This document shows positions 24,098 through 38,501 of a stretch of DNA of 64,000 nt, piece by piece (position 1 is the stretch's first letter; each line of letters opens with the position of its first letter). Under the pieces are notes generated by a model that worked only from the letters and a program-made list of their open reading frames with translations, made no database searches and was not told the origin of the DNA. Where the stretch lies: positions 361,312 through 425,311 of the forward strand of contig NMRA01000212.1 of the NCBI GenBank assembly GCA_002633005.1. The letters run 5' to 3'. Both the position numbers and the translations under genes were made by a program. Origin of the DNA: Phoronis australis. Taxonomy: Eukaryota > Animalia > Phoronida.

Positions 24098-27000
24098 ATG
24101 GAAAACGAAAGAGAAGCCTTGATGTCAAACGAGGTTGATGGTGAGTTACCCTCTCAGGCCCAGGACTATACTCTATACTATAGTCGGTAAACCAACTGTT
24201 TGAGCTGGGTGACAGAAACCATGATCTACTTCTGACTCTGTCTATTCCTGAGGCTGGTCACTGCAGTGGTCTTCACTGAGTTTCAGTTTCACCCAGAATA
24301 AGTCGCTGAGCTTGCATCACCAGACATCAACCACAAGCCCGTATAGATTTTTATTCAGTAGACATTCTTTACAATTTGATTGTTGTCCGTTCTGAGTGCC
24401 CGTATTAATTGAGTCACGGGTATGTGTCACGTGACCGTTTTCAGCCAAATCAAACAATACGGAAAGGTACACACATAGCAAAACAGCATCAATAACATGA
24501 GCAAATTTTAAATGTCTCGGCACATCAAAGGCATGACAGTGCCCATCACAGATTGAAGTGATCTACTAGTAGTCGCTCTTCATTTTGGCTGAATGTGTAT
24601 TGGCCTGAGATAATTGTGTTTGTAAACCAACACATCTGTTTAGCATACAGCATAGGAGTTTTAAAGTCAAACGACCAACTTAAACATTTTTATAATTCTA
24701 TTGTAAAGACTCTTCGAATGTTTGAAATGGATGTGTTTTAAGAAAAATTAACAACTAAAGGTTTTCTGCAGGCACGTGTGGATTAATTTGTGAATCTGTT
24801 TGGAGGTATTAGTCACAGTCTGGCTCAATTAAGCTCGTCCATGCGTTAATTGGGGTCACAAAAACTCCAAATGTTAGCGTAGGAGTTCATTATGTGCAAC
24901 GTAAAAGTTTTGTCATTGCTATCTTATCAGTCGTATTTTGATAGTCCTCGTACAAAAGCGGAACATTTTCAAAACAATTCCTAATGACATTTTGGAGAAC
25001 AATACATAAAGCAGAGTAAACTGAATTCATGTGAATCCGTCCATGCAGTTATTTCTGAGATATTATGTTCCGAATTTGGCTTAAATTTTAATTTTTCTGG
25101 GGTCTTATTACAACGATTTCCTTAGTAGATGTGGTTACAACATCCACTAGCATTCTTTGTAGGGGCAATTAAAATTTTCACTTTAGTGCACAAGTTGATT
25201 TCCTACACAAAATTTCACCGAGGACAGAAATGTCAGTGAACTTTTTGCCACGTTTTCAAGGGGTGGCCCATGTGGTTAAGCTCGTCCTCCAATTAGTGTG
25301 CGCCCCTAAACTGTGCTTAGAATAGTTCATGCAACTTGTAATAGGATCAAAAGGACATCCCATCTACTCCTCGTGCTTATCATCACCTCTGTATCCTTAT
25401 ACTGGACTAATTACTTACAACAGACTCTCACTGAGCTGAAGGCAATCTCTCACAAGAGAGGTGTTGATGAATGTGTTTCACTTTTTGGCTGTGCTGCACG
25501 GTCCTGCCTCAGACACAGCGACTGATCAAAGTTGTCGTTTGTATACTGCGTTGTCTATTTATAGAGTGCATTGTTGGTGAGCTGTCGTGTTCTGAGGAAG
25601 TTTGTCAACCATGTATGTGACGAATTCTCCAAGATAATTTAAGGTTTTTTAACTTTAGGCCCCCATGTATTTTTTTAGTGCATCTCCGGCTCATGGGTCT
25701 TATATAATTACTCAATTTTCACTGCCCTGTAGAATTATTCTGTATACCACATTGGCATCCATGTTGATTTACTTTTGCCTCATTTTCCAATGTAGATAAC
25801 TATGGAGATAGTAGTACAGAGAAGTTGGAGAAGGCATATACTTTTGAAGAGGCAGTCAAAGCCACAGGTATGTAATAGACTATTTTATTCGCGCTTGCAG
25901 TACAGTTATCTCCCTTTTTGCTAGTGCTGAACTCCATTGGGATACCTGATGTTTTCGACCCTTCAATGGGGACAGGCCAGGTTATCACTGAATGGCAGCC
26001 TCCTTTGAAGATCTGTAGTAGATTTACAGCATTGTGCATTGTGTGGGTGCATGGATGACAGGTGAGCCTGTCTTGTCTTCAAAAATTGAGATATTCCCTC
26101 TACTTCAGGATGCCATTCTTACAAAACATAATGAGCAGATATGGGACAAAAGTGCAGGTGAAACAGTGGTTTAGTAAAGAGGGGGGACGTAGTGGGATGC
26201 CATCCCCTCACTTTTTTACATGCAGGGGATGCTCCTTCCAGTAAAATTCCATTATATCCCATACTGGGATCTATAAGTATAAATTTGAGCAAAATTCACA
26301 TTATGTTTCATTTTTGAGAAAATGGGATTTCTTGTCATGGTACTCAATAAGAGTATCTACATTTTAGGCTATTCTGTACGCACAGCATAACGACACTTAT
26401 TTTTTCTAGTACTACACCACTGAATTAAAGATATGGGATGCTTATGTGCACCTGATTGAAGGAGGTGATGAAACAGCCTCATTGTATCAACGAATCTTTC
26501 ATTATAGGATCTTTCTGATGTTCATATCAGATAATCACTTCGCTGATGATGGAATCTTTGGTAAAATTATAAAATAATCCTCAGCATGTCTTCACCTATT
26601 CAGCACACAAGTGAAAGAATTTTCATGTTGTCAAATTTCTTAACAAAAATAAGTATTAGAAGAAAATTTTAATCAGTTGTTAAAATATTTTTGATATGTA
26701 GATGTCGTAAAACCTCACTTTGTAAAGTTTTAATTATTTGAAGCAAGTTAATCAGTCTTTAAATATAGCCGCATTGTTCTGGTCTGTTACTAACTCATTT
26801 TGAAACTTGCGCCTTACTACTTAAACAAAAAGGAACCTGCATGAATCAATTTTTTCCAAAGTCTAAAACTTTTTTCAAAGGTCACATGAATGCACTCAAG
26901 CAAGGTTCCAAACATCGTGGCTTGCCGAGTTTGCCAACCCCCACCCCCAACCTCACTGTACCACTGAAACTGGGTTGAGTGGAGTAAATACAATTCCCAT

Positions 27001-30000
27001 CACTTTTGCCTATTTCATGTGGGTTTTTGTTTTTAAAAAGTACCAAACCATCGTATGAGTGTTCAAAAAACTACAAACCAGAACCAACTATGTACTTTTT
27101 GGCCTGGCCACAAATACTGTTTTTAGGCCAAAAAGTGCACAGTTGGTTCTGATCGGTTAAAACAATCTGACGTCTGTTTACTGTTAGGTTATGGTTGGTT
27201 CCACTACATCCTGCTGCTACTTTGTGGCTGGGCTGTTTCCAGTGATGCCATCGAAGTCTTGTGTGTGTCCTTCCTTCTGCCATCTGCTGAATGTGACTTA
27301 AAAATGGACTCGAAGGATAAAGGCTGGCTGAATGCTGTTGTCTTCATTGGTTAGTTTTAGCAGACATGAAAATGACATGGCTGTGCTTGGCAAAACCAAA
27401 GGTTGTGATTCTCTCCAAGGTTTAGTTACATTACAGTCAAAGCTTTTTAAAATTAGTACTGACCCAAGTGAATGTGTATAGCGTATGAGTTCACCAAGAG
27501 GTGCAGAATGCAAATGGTGGAGTAAAAACGAATAGTAAAATGTCTAATCTTCAACTTAAGTACTTTTGAAGTGCGTGATTTCCGTGCAGTTAAGTTCATC
27601 ATGTGAAAATTTCTTCACATGATTGCAATCTGGATATGTGGGTCAATTAGGATATGATATGAATGTGTGATATGTAGTGCACTAAATCCTAGAAGCTCAG
27701 ACTTCCAACCCTATTTGATATTCAGGATTGATCTGCTAACTATGTTCATGGCTGCCCAAGCTGTCAACAGTCACTTACAGAGGTCTCGGATTTTGAGAAC
27801 CAGTTCGATTTTCGTCGTTCAGTGAAAACAACTGGTTCTCGAAATACGGGACACCTATAAGTGACTGTTACACTTAAAAGTTTACTAACACCCCTTTTAG
27901 ATAGATTTGTTTGTCGATTACAAGTCAAATTTATTGTCTTTTAAAGGTTTGTGTGTTCTGATTGCTCTTGCTGTCTGTATGCCATGTTGTATTACTTTCT
28001 TGTAAAACAACTTCTAATTTTGCAAGGTGACTTTGAGCTCTTGTCTTGGTCCTAATTGTAAAAATTAACGGAGCATTGTCACTGTTGTAGGCATGATGGT
28101 TGGAGGTTACTTTTGGGGCACTGCATCTGATAGCAGGGGTCGGAGATCTGTGCTGTTGTGGTCGTTGTTAGTGAATGGATTGGGAGGACTGGCGTCAAGC
28201 TTTGCACAGACGTTTTCAGTCTTTCTTGTCTTCCGTTTAATCAGTGGAATTGGGTAAATTGAATTTTTGACTGAATATTTTGTGGTTTTAATTTCGATTT
28301 ATTTTCAACTTTCTCGCTGAAGAATCGTAAAGTAATCGGAGACACTTTGGAACACTTAAGTAGTATGTGAATGTTTTAGCTATTAAGAAATGCCTAATCT
28401 TCTATTAGAATCTGTTTGGTAACTGTCAGTATAAATGTTTGTGAAAACTACTTAAGGTAACAATGAGTAATGTCTATAAAATAATCTGTTTGCAGTGTTG
28501 GTGGTAGCATACCAGTTATTTTTTCGTACTTTGTTGAATTTCAACCGCTGAAGAAGAGAGGGAGCACTGTAAGCATGCTTGCTACATTTTGGATGACTGG
28601 CAACATGATAGCAGCTGGTAAGTGTGTTCAAGAACTTATTGTAAAAAACAGAAAATAGTCTTTTCCTGTCACCATTTGCAGAAGAGGACAAAACCCAGGA
28701 ATTCAAATTGGTTTCCTTTTATGCACCCATATAATAGCCATTTTGTGGGTGTATATTCTTCAGACTTGTATGTGAGATTGCTTAGACATATGTGGGTGTA
28801 TATTGCTCTCATTTCTGCCATTCGTCCTACGTTGGCAGCTGTACTTCTGAAACACCTTGTAGGATCTTCGTGAACTTTGGCCCGTTGATACCTATGAACT
28901 TGACAGATTATGGCGACTTTCTGATCCAATATTTATAACACTAGGATATGTTTTATAGTGGTTTTGAAGGAGATTGCTGACACAAATATAAATTAAAATT
29001 ATGTAACGAAGGAAATGAATGAAAGTACATTTTTATCAATATGCTGTTTTTATTTTTGCACCGTGTTTTTGTTTGCTTTAAAATGGTTGGCTGAATGGTC
29101 AGTCACGCGTTACCTTAGGACAGATTGTTTTGTACAGTGTCTATTCGGGTTTTGTACAGTGTCTATTCATGTTCTGTGTAGTGTCTATTCACGTTTCGTA
29201 GAGTGTCTGTTTATGTTTTCAGGTCTGGCTTGGGCAATTATACCTCATCCTAAGTTGGGATACTTCTCAGACTCCTTTGATTACAACAGCTGGCGAATAT
29301 TTGTTGCTGTTTGCACCATTCCAAGTTTAACGTCTGCTTTTTTCTTCATCTTTATGCCAGAGAGTCCACGGTTTCTAATGAAGGTAATTTACAATGAGTG
29401 AGTCGAGTTATAAAAGTTTTGGTGACACCATCTGTATGTTAGAGGAGGCAGTGTGGCCTGGTTGATAAGTGCCCGCTTTCTTTACTCGAGGTCGTTGGTT
29501 CAAGTCCCACCATGTCACACTGCTAAACCATTGAGCCAGGTTTCTAGCTCCTCAGCTCGGTTTTAACCATATATCAATAAAGCATAAAAATATTTCCAGG
29601 TGATCAGTGCAATGGGCCCACATGCGAGGCCTGCGCACGTCTTATACAACGTGTATCAGACCGCCTGCAATTATTTTTTTATCTGTATGTTGATTCTGAT
29701 CGCAAGAAAACATTCCACTTCTTTAATACCATCAAATTATTTTTCTCTCTCTTTGGTTTGGGTATTTTTAAGAGAAATTTTGATTTCAAATTATATTTTG
29801 AGCTATGGTCACATACGGCTGCCATTCTCGAGATCTAATCTTAGGTTCCTTAAGTTATGTGCCACAAGCCTGGCTTCTGTTGACATGAACACCTGACCAA
29901 TGACACATGATTTTGCACTGTGATAACTATGAGCAATGCCAGGGCCCTACATTCTTTCCCACGTTAGGCCCACAAATTCCCCTCCAACGATAAAAGAGTT

Positions 30001-33000
30001 CCCTCAAGGTTAGTATCACTTTCAACTTACTCAGGCCCTTGGCTTCAGAAGGTTTTATAAAGTGTGGAAGTCTTTATTTCACATTCATGCCTTACTGGTG
30101 TTTACAGCCTCGTTGCTGAGAACAGAATGTGGATCATAGTATTGCAAGTCCAAAGTGAGCACGTAGCAGTGAGCAAGGAAAGTCACTCATGTGAATCCTT
30201 GGTTCACTCCCTGACACTCTTAGGCTAGTCCACTGACGGGTGATCTGTTCGAAGCAGTGTTGAAGGAGACACTTTGATACCAACACGATGAATTAAACCT
30301 ACTTAAGCCACGTTGATGCAACCCAGAGCAAAATTTTTTTCTCTTATGGTAGACATGGGGACCTTTCCACTCTAGTGCCTTTAATGCTTAGGCAGCTTGT
30401 TGCAGGATTGTTTTAAAGTGAACCCTCCGATGTGCAAAATAATATATCACGTTTGTGCATATGTTTTAACCACTGGCATCCTTTTCTTAATTCAAGGTCT
30501 GTAGAAACACCTTGTTTTCATAGTTTGATTGTTTTAGTTTATCATTTTTCAAATTAGAATTTGTGTAAGGCAATGGTAGACTCTATGACTACCAGGTGGT
30601 GGTATTGAATAACTACTTCCTCTACAACTGCAGAAAGCTGCCATCAGCATGGGATATCTGTGGACTAAGTGTTACATGTGACAAACTGAATGCATGCATT
30701 TATTTAGGTGGGAATGGTGTTGCGCAAGCGCCACCTAAAGTCATCCATTGTTGTTAGATGTACCCTAGGCTTGTTAATATATTACTGTTTTTGTGATAAA
30801 ATGATTATGTGAGTAAGAAGAAATTAAACTATTGTCTTTTTTAGATTGGAAAAAATGCACAGGCCTTGGAAGTGTTCAGAATAATGCACAACAGAAATAC
30901 AAGGGGCCAGTATGGCTATAAGGTATTACTTAAAATCTGGCACTTCTTCGTATAAAATGACTTTTCTGTGTATAGTAATGTTATCACGCCATCCGAAATA
31001 AACGTATTTACCTTCAGTGTTGTGCATCTGCTAAATATGTGTCCTGCTTTTTTGTGAAATGTATTACAACTTTCTCGTTTCTAATGTAAACCAAGTAAGT
31101 TTTACTCCGCAATGACATTATTTTCAGATCTACAAAATGTTACTTGGGTACTGTAGCAATAATATTATTACAGATTGGTCAATAAGGGATATGTCAAAAA
31201 ATTAACCATATTTGCCACTTTAACATAGCTTAGCAGCTTGCCATTTTAAAGGCACCACGTGACATGTTGATAACGACTCTGCAATAAATGACTCAGATAT
31301 TTTAGTCGGATGCCTGATTTAAAAGTATCTGGTGCAGGCATCGTGACAGCTTATACTGGCTTATTTATCTGATTTAGGTGAAGCGGTTGATCCGTGATGA
31401 AGCAAAATATGAGAAGGACTTTGTTGAAATAAAGAGCACAAGTTGTTGGCCCTTATGGTGTAAACGGTTGTGGTTTTCTCTCAGACAGGTAATTAAGTAT
31501 GGAAAGACTATTGATTAAAAATTATCGTTTCGCCAGCTTATAACACAGACAGAGTTTAATCAATTGCATGAATATCAAATGATTATAGGGCCTTTCATAC
31601 CATCGTTGACACATCGATGGTTTTGGGGTGTTGCAGTCAGTGTGAACATTTAACTTCGATCCTGGATCAAAGTTAACACCTCCAATTAACATCACAGTTA
31701 ACAGGTGGATTTAACAGTGCATCTTTGACGCTACTGTGCAGTATGAACGGTCAACTTCTGTCCTATCGAAGTTATCGCCAGGTGCCACTGTTATCGTCAA
31801 CAATTTAAGGGTAGTGTAGTCGCTAATAGTTGCTTATGTTTTGCTCGAATAATCACCAATCGAATTAAAAATAAGTTTTATGTCAATCAGCACATGTAAA
31901 TGATCCCAAATTGTCACATTAAAAAAAATCTTAGCGTGCAGCGCTACCTTGCGATTACTTTCATGCCAACAGTGTCACCTGCCATTTTCTTCGATATTCC
32001 TTAACTACCGAAGCCAGTGTGAACGGTTTAATTAACTTCACAGTTAACATCGACGCTCTGCTTAGACCGGAGTTAGGTCAGTATGAAAAGGCCTTATAAA
32101 AACAACATTTGGTAAATTATGTAATAACATATAAATAACTTTGTAGAGGAACTTTGTATGAGTTGAGCGAAAATCTGACATATTCATATCTGACTTATGG
32201 AAATTTTATGGCAAAATCTTTATTAGAATATTGAAAATTAAAGTTTTGAAGGAGCATCACTTGGGAAGATTTTTTACTTAATTGCTTGGCATTAAATTCA
32301 TTTATCATTTTGTTATCTGAAATAAGTCATAAAGAGTGTCTTTAACGCAAAATCAGTTGTTCTTTTTGCTTTTGCACGCCATATATTCTGCTATGTCGTG
32401 GATGACAAAAAATTTCTTCTTATACATTGTTCAAATATCTTAATCCAATATTTGACTGGTTAAAGCAAATGTATGAGTCAGTTACTCAAGTCTACCAGGA
32501 TTTTAATAACCATTTATCTTTCGCGTACAGTATTCTTTGCACTCAAGTTTGCTCTTTACAGGTGCTATTTCGGTTCATAGAACTTATGCGAGCTGAATAT
32601 CGGAGAGTGACAATAATCTCCATCATCATATACTTCACTCTGTCATTTGGGTAAGTCATCAACTTATACGTTCAAGCATTTGGAATTGTGTTTGTGTTGT
32701 GGAATTTTTAGACAGGATGTCCGATCAGAAGGCAGATTAGCGGCTTAACGTTACGTAGTACTTTAGAAAATGGCCAGATTTGGCAAACTTCTGAACATCA
32801 TATCTCAGAAATGGCTGATGTTAATGCGCTGTTCTCCAAACAGCTTTGAGGCGTTGCTTTTAAAATGTTACAGTATTGCGTGAGAGGATATCAAATATGG
32901 TCTTCTACGATTTAAAAAAAAAACTCATAAGTTGCATAAAACAAAAATGAAAGGATAATATAGAAACTACTTAAAGCTGTTTTTGAGATTTCGTCTTGAA

Positions 33001-35681
33001 TATTTGTATCAAGCAAAATTTGGTCATGTTGTTGATACCATTGTTTTGCTATGGATGTACCTTTCTGTTTTGCTAACTGCTTAATACTAAAAAGACGTGG
33101 TCATGTGAAACAATTAATGACATTGGAATTAACTTCAATATCACATTTTACAAGTTTTGTGCTTTCAGAAAACATGTACTTTTACGGAGTTAAAATCTCC
33201 AGTTTTGTGGATATTTGGCTTATAAATACACATACTAGCAGTCTAGTCGATAAGTTACAACTGTACATAACCTTGAAACGACCATCTGCAAGGGCATCCT
33301 AACAGCTGTCTTGCAAGTACTGTCTTGCAAGTACTTAGCATAAGATTAACCTTAATTGTAAAATGCTAATAATGTAGCCAATCACATGTGATCACCATAC
33401 TGGAATAGAGGCATATCATAAGTTTGTCAAGAGAACATAGCCTTCATTTGGAACAGCTTCCGTTTTAGTTAGGTGCAGATAATAAGGAGGCAGATCAGAG
33501 GGATGGCATGAGAACGCTGTGTAAAGCATCTGTTTTGATTTGACCTTTCCCTTTGTGTTTATCGTTAGTTAGAAAAATTTTAGCTGGAAAATTTTCCACT
33601 TTAAAATTATTTGTTGACTGAAGTCTTTTTTGGGGGGTATTCTGTGAGCTCGTTTGTATTTGTCAATGTCCAGGTCAAATATCGGTTTGTGCCTCTCTAG
33701 TGTTTGTACAGGAAATGGGTCTTTGAGAATGAATTTGTGAACATTTCAGGTATTATGGTCTGTGGATGTGGTTACCAGAAATGTTTTCTAGAGCAGAGCA
33801 AAGCGGAGGTTCCGTATGTTCTGAGATTTCGACGAACGTGACGATCAACTCATCTCACTGCCTTGACCCTAACTACAGTTTGAGCACACGGATATTCTGG
33901 GAAGGATTCATCACTGCATCATCTAATTTACCTGGCAATATTATTTCTATACTATTCATGGACAGGCTGGGACGAAAGGCTTTACTAAGTGAGCTTAATA
34001 TATATCTGTCTTATTAATTTGTTGTGTATGACCTGATGCTGTAAGGTTATACAATGTCCAAATTCGACTAACTTCGGAACATCGTATCTCAGAAATGGTT
34101 GAATGGATTTATAAGAATCTTTCACAACCTGTGTTTTATGTACTATTTTCCAAACTGGTTTTAGGAATTGGTTTTAAATGTTCCTCCATTGCATGAAGTG
34201 CTCTAAAATAGAATGATATTTATAATGAAAATTCAGAAGTGAATGAAATTTGGTAATGTTATTGATACTATAATTTTTCTGCGAGTATACCTTATTTTTA
34301 TTCAATTTTACGAAGAAATACTCCAGGTCACATGACCCAATAATGGCAGATGGGTATGAATTCAAAAATTGAGTTCTACTGACTTTCAGAACATACATAC
34401 TAAAGTTGAAACATTCTAGAGATTTGGCCAAATTCAGACTTATCAATAAGGCTCTGCATAACCATTAAGAGCACTGCCCTCTGGTGGATATTTCAAGATA
34501 CTTGCTGAAGATCATGACTGATCAAAACTTGCAGTAGATAGTAACGAATAGTTGCATTCCTGTAAGTTGGACGTGCCCAAGTCGGATCTTGGCTGAACTT
34601 GTAGTTCCACTTTATTACTGTTCTAGTTTATGCACTTTGCCCTTCACACTTGCCGGATTTTGGTGTGGTAGTAAAGTCTGGGTCCGACTTGTGCAACTTA
34701 TACTGTGCATCAAAATTGCACATAACTTGCTGTATCGAGGCATTTTATGCAGTCATCAGTTGGACTCCTGTAACAGTGTAGACAAGCTATTTTTTAACAA
34801 GCCACTGTCTTGTCACCAGTTTTATACAGTTTAATTTTTATCATTTTTTTAAAATTAATTCATTTACCCAGAAATCATATCATTAATGATTAGTCAATAT
34901 GGCTGGGGCTACTTCTTAGTTTTACAGGTCTCGGTCATCTTTTCTAGAACCAAGAACAATCGACATGCTATAGAAACTCATTTTCATATGCTTTCAGGTG
35001 GCAGTATGGTTGTGTCAGGCATCAGCGTCGCCTTCATACCCTTTGTTCACACTCATTTACATAATATTCTTCTCTCTTGTTTGTTTGGTGGAGTCTCTGT
35101 GATTGGTTGGAATGCATTAGACGTTCTGGCTGTGGAACTGTTCCCTACACATCTCAGGTAAGTTCACTTGATCTCGTGCCAATGTGTGTTGGACTTTTCT
35201 CATCAAAATGTCCTTTTCTACTGATTTCTGTTGGGGAAGGCATCCATTTTTGTGTCATTTTTGGTTTAGTCATGATTTTCTGGTTATCGGAAATAAATCT
35301 TCAAGTTAATTGCGTTTCCCTGTGCTCTTAAGTCATTATGCATGCATTACTGTAAAAGTAACTCTCATGATTTTGATCATCCCTGCTATCTTTGTTTACA
35401 TGCACTTTTGGTAAAGTCGGGCATAAATTGTGCATTTTGCTGCACTGGTAGGCATACTAGGGTGCGGAGGCTCTACTTTATATTTTTCCTTTTCTAGGTC
35501 AACATCTATGGGATTCCAGACTGGAGTTGGGAGAATTGCCTCCATTCTTGGCAATGTGGTGTTTGGTGAGCTTATTTCAGTCCACTGTGCAGTACCTCTA
35601 GTGATGGTTGCTGCGTTTATGACCATTGGAGGCCTCAGTGCATTAAAGCTACCAAACACAACTTATAGAGAGCTGACGTGA
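24098..35681 (+). CDS. Synaptic vesicle glycoprotein 2 (SV2/SVOP)-like major facilitator superfamily transporter, ~527 aa, 12 exons
   Basis: Phase-compatible exons: 24098-24140, 25796-25867, 27188-27349, 28091-28253, 28496-28617, 29223-29383, 30845-30922, 31378-31488, 32562-32650, 33750-33988, 34998-35157, 35498-35681. Motifs FEEAVKATGYGWFHY, SFLLPSAECDL, WGTASDSRGRR, SWRIFVAVC, MPESPRFL, FGYYGLWMWLP, MDRLGRK, ELFPTHLRST. Confidence 0.93.
27766..27869. repeat. ~104-bp hairpin/foldback repeat in an SV2-like intron
   Basis: aacagtcacttacagaggtctcggattttgagaaccagtt pairs with aactggttctcgaaatacgggacacctataagtgactgtt. Related cores occur at ~9753-9808 and ~59165-59240. Confidence 0.7.
29445..29675 (+). 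mobile_element. tRNA-derived SINE, copy 1
   Basis: A-box-like tggcctggttgataag and B-box ggttcaagtcc. The body (ctagctcctcagctc...tccaggtgatcagtgcaatgggcccac...accgcctgcaattatt) is shared with 36258-36475. Confidence 0.7.
31588..32094. mobile_element. MITE, possibly PIF/Harbinger-like
   Basis: Termini gggcctttcatac / gtatgaaaaggcc in T/A-rich 3-bp flanks, with internal subrepeats cagtgtgaac and cacagttaaca. Confidence 0.55.
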
Positions 35682-36257
35682 CTTTGTGCAACATTCATTA
35701 CGTTTTATCCTTTCAACTTGAATCTGTTTTTTTAGATTTAATGTTTATCTTAGAAAGAATCGACAATGGTTTATTTCTGTTTTACCTGTTGTCAGGCATT
35801 AATTTTCTGTTTAACACAGAAAAGTTAAAGACTGGTTGAAGTACCTGGATATCAAGGATATAATGTCTTGTGATGTTACACATTATGTTGTTATTGTACG
35901 GTTATCACCATTGTATTCTGTCACATTCATGTTGTTAATCAGAATGTAATGTGAACATTAAGTGGTGATATATTTATTTGCACATTCAGGGGAAATCAAA
36001 TAGATCATCATGAAAATCATACAAGTTTATAAAAGGTAGCCATGTAAGCAAAATGTTAAGTTATAAAGAATTTGACTCTCAAATTTCAGCCAAAGCTTTA
36101 AGTGATAAATTATTAGATTTGCAAAATATTTATTCATTTTTATGAAACTTGCAGATCTAGCAAGTCTTAATTCAGAACACTCAACTGCAACTAGGTGACG
36201 TGCACTGCTCTTAAAGTGTCCCTTTTTAAAGTTGTTGCACCACCATAAGGTAGAGTA

Positions 36258-36475
36258 GGCAGTAAGGCCTAGTGGTATAAGTGCCTGCTTTTATTACTCA
36301 AGGTCGTGGGTTCATGTTCCATTGGGACACATTGCTAGAACACGAGTCAGATCTCTAGTTCCTCAGCTCAGTTCTACTGTATATTAAAAATGGTTCCAGG
36401 TGATCTGTGCAATGAGCCCACCTTTGCGGCTTTCGTACGCCTGGTACATATACCATACCGCCTCCAATTATTACC
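36258..36475 (+). mobile_element. tRNA-derived SINE, copy 2
   Basis: ggcagtaaggcctagtggtataagtgcc...ggtcgtgggttcatgttcc head, with a body homologous to 29445-29675. Confidence 0.7.
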
Positions 36476-38501
36476 ATTTTAACCATAAGGTGAAGTTTCA
36501 GAATAAAAACAAAATAATGTTCAAGTTCGAGTGTTTTTGTAACAATGGCCCGGTTGTGACGCTCACAAATTTGTTCCCTTGCAAATCTTACGTGCAAATT
36601 ATGTAACCTTCCCACCTGGTGTTAGTGAGCTTTTCTACCTGACCATTCCATCTAGATCGATTAGAGATACTGGCTTAGTTATAAAAAGCAAAATAGTCAT
36701 TCTTTGAAATTGTACTTTCTGTCGTTCAGATGCAGGTCCCCTTATTTTACTTGAATGGTCCCCTTATTTAATTCGGATTGTCCCGTCTTTCAATCTTGTG
36801 GGGACTTTGGGCCCGGTATCACAGTTCTCTTAAAACAAATTTGAATTTACCTTCTGAGCTCCCTGGGCCTCAGGACAAAGTATAACCCAGTGCTACACTA
36901 TAAACAAGGATTAAACAGTACTACAACTGTAGGTTTAAAATCATAATTTATTCAATAATTTAAACAGGAATGTATAAAATTGTCAAACAATTGATTATAT
37001 AAAAATCACCACACTGTATGCTATAAAAGAGAGAGATTAATCAATTCAAGTCTCATTCACACGGTCTTACAATAATAAGTCTGTTAGAGGTAACCAAGCT
37101 TGTACACATAAACTACTGAATGACGTGTATATTACAAACTATCAATATGGCTTATCAATTAGTTCCAGCAGTTCTTCCCAAAAATGTTCTGAAGAATATG
37201 GTCAAACAAATAGAGACTTCTAGGAAGCAATGCGGGCTGATGACTTTTATCGCCACCTGCTTGTACCAGAAGGTACTTTTTGTAACTGGCATAGGAGGAA
37301 ATGTTTGACTCCGTGAAGACCTTTTACAATCCATGTGATTAGACGCGATGTGTTTTAAACAAAAGTGAAATTAGTTTATTCCTCATCCTTGACGTTTGCA
37401 AAGAAGTTCCACATGATTGGCCACCACATTGCTTCTTGAGGTCTCAGATTGTGCATAGAGACTGGAAACTGAACAATTAATGATACATTTCACTCTCCTT
37501 AAATTAAGTGGGTCTCCTGACAATCCTTACCATGGCAGGATTGATTCTATTTCTCAGGAATTCATTGGGGTTGGCCTTTTACCCCTTGCCTGTGACCAGG
37601 CATTGCCAGCTCATACAACAATAATTCAAGATTGGATGAGCAAAGTAATGTTTTTAAAAGTATTCAACATTGACAGCAGTGGCGAAATGCAACTTTAAAG
37701 TTTGGGAGTTTTAAGATATTTCATAACTAAGGGTTCTGAAATGAGGTTAACATGTGAAACTGTTGTAGCTAGAGTCAAGATAGCATTAATGGACATTTAC
37801 CCACAACTTTCAATAGCGACATTCACCCAAAGAATTTCAAGATATGAATATGTCAATCTCAGTATTGCGTGAAAAATATATTACAAACATTTCAAGTCTT
37901 GTCAAGATAGTTGTAGTGATTACCTGATGTCATTTCGTTGAAACGCACTGCAATTTTCTGTATTTTTTGTGTTAAGCTCATGTTTATCAGCCTGGAACAA
38001 GACACTTTACTCTTACATTGTTTTTGTGACTCGAGTCTAAACAAGCACCAATTTCCACACAGGTTTTAATGAAATTTTTTTAGTGGTTTTGTTGATTGTA
38101 TTGCTATATTGTGATGTTGGCTGTTAGTAACCGTGGTGACCAAGTATTATCCTAGCATTCATTCCTACTGTGCGTATGATATTGCTTTTCCCAGAGATCT
38201 GTTCTTACAAGTTCATTTTCAGTAAGGACATCACCAAAAATGTATGTATACTCTGGTCATGATTGTTTTGTATTTCCTTGGCAGGAATTTATGTTACTTG
38301 TGCAAACAAATTCTATACAATGTTTATACGTTAAAATTCTATAAATATTTGTTTCAATCCGTTGTGGAATGAATGGTGGTCATTCCTTCCTTTGTCGTAA
38401 AATTTGTATCGCTCTTTTGGCACTGTTACAATTTCAATCTCTTATCAGACTGTGTGGATATTTGAAATGTACATATACGTACAAAATAAATTCTATTTAA
38501 T

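Noticed and set aside
29128-29212. Four short (tgtacagtgtctattc)-like tandem units before an SV2-like acceptor, extending ORF 29015-29401
   Set aside because: Simple intronic minisatellite; the true exon starts at 29223 by phase and homology.
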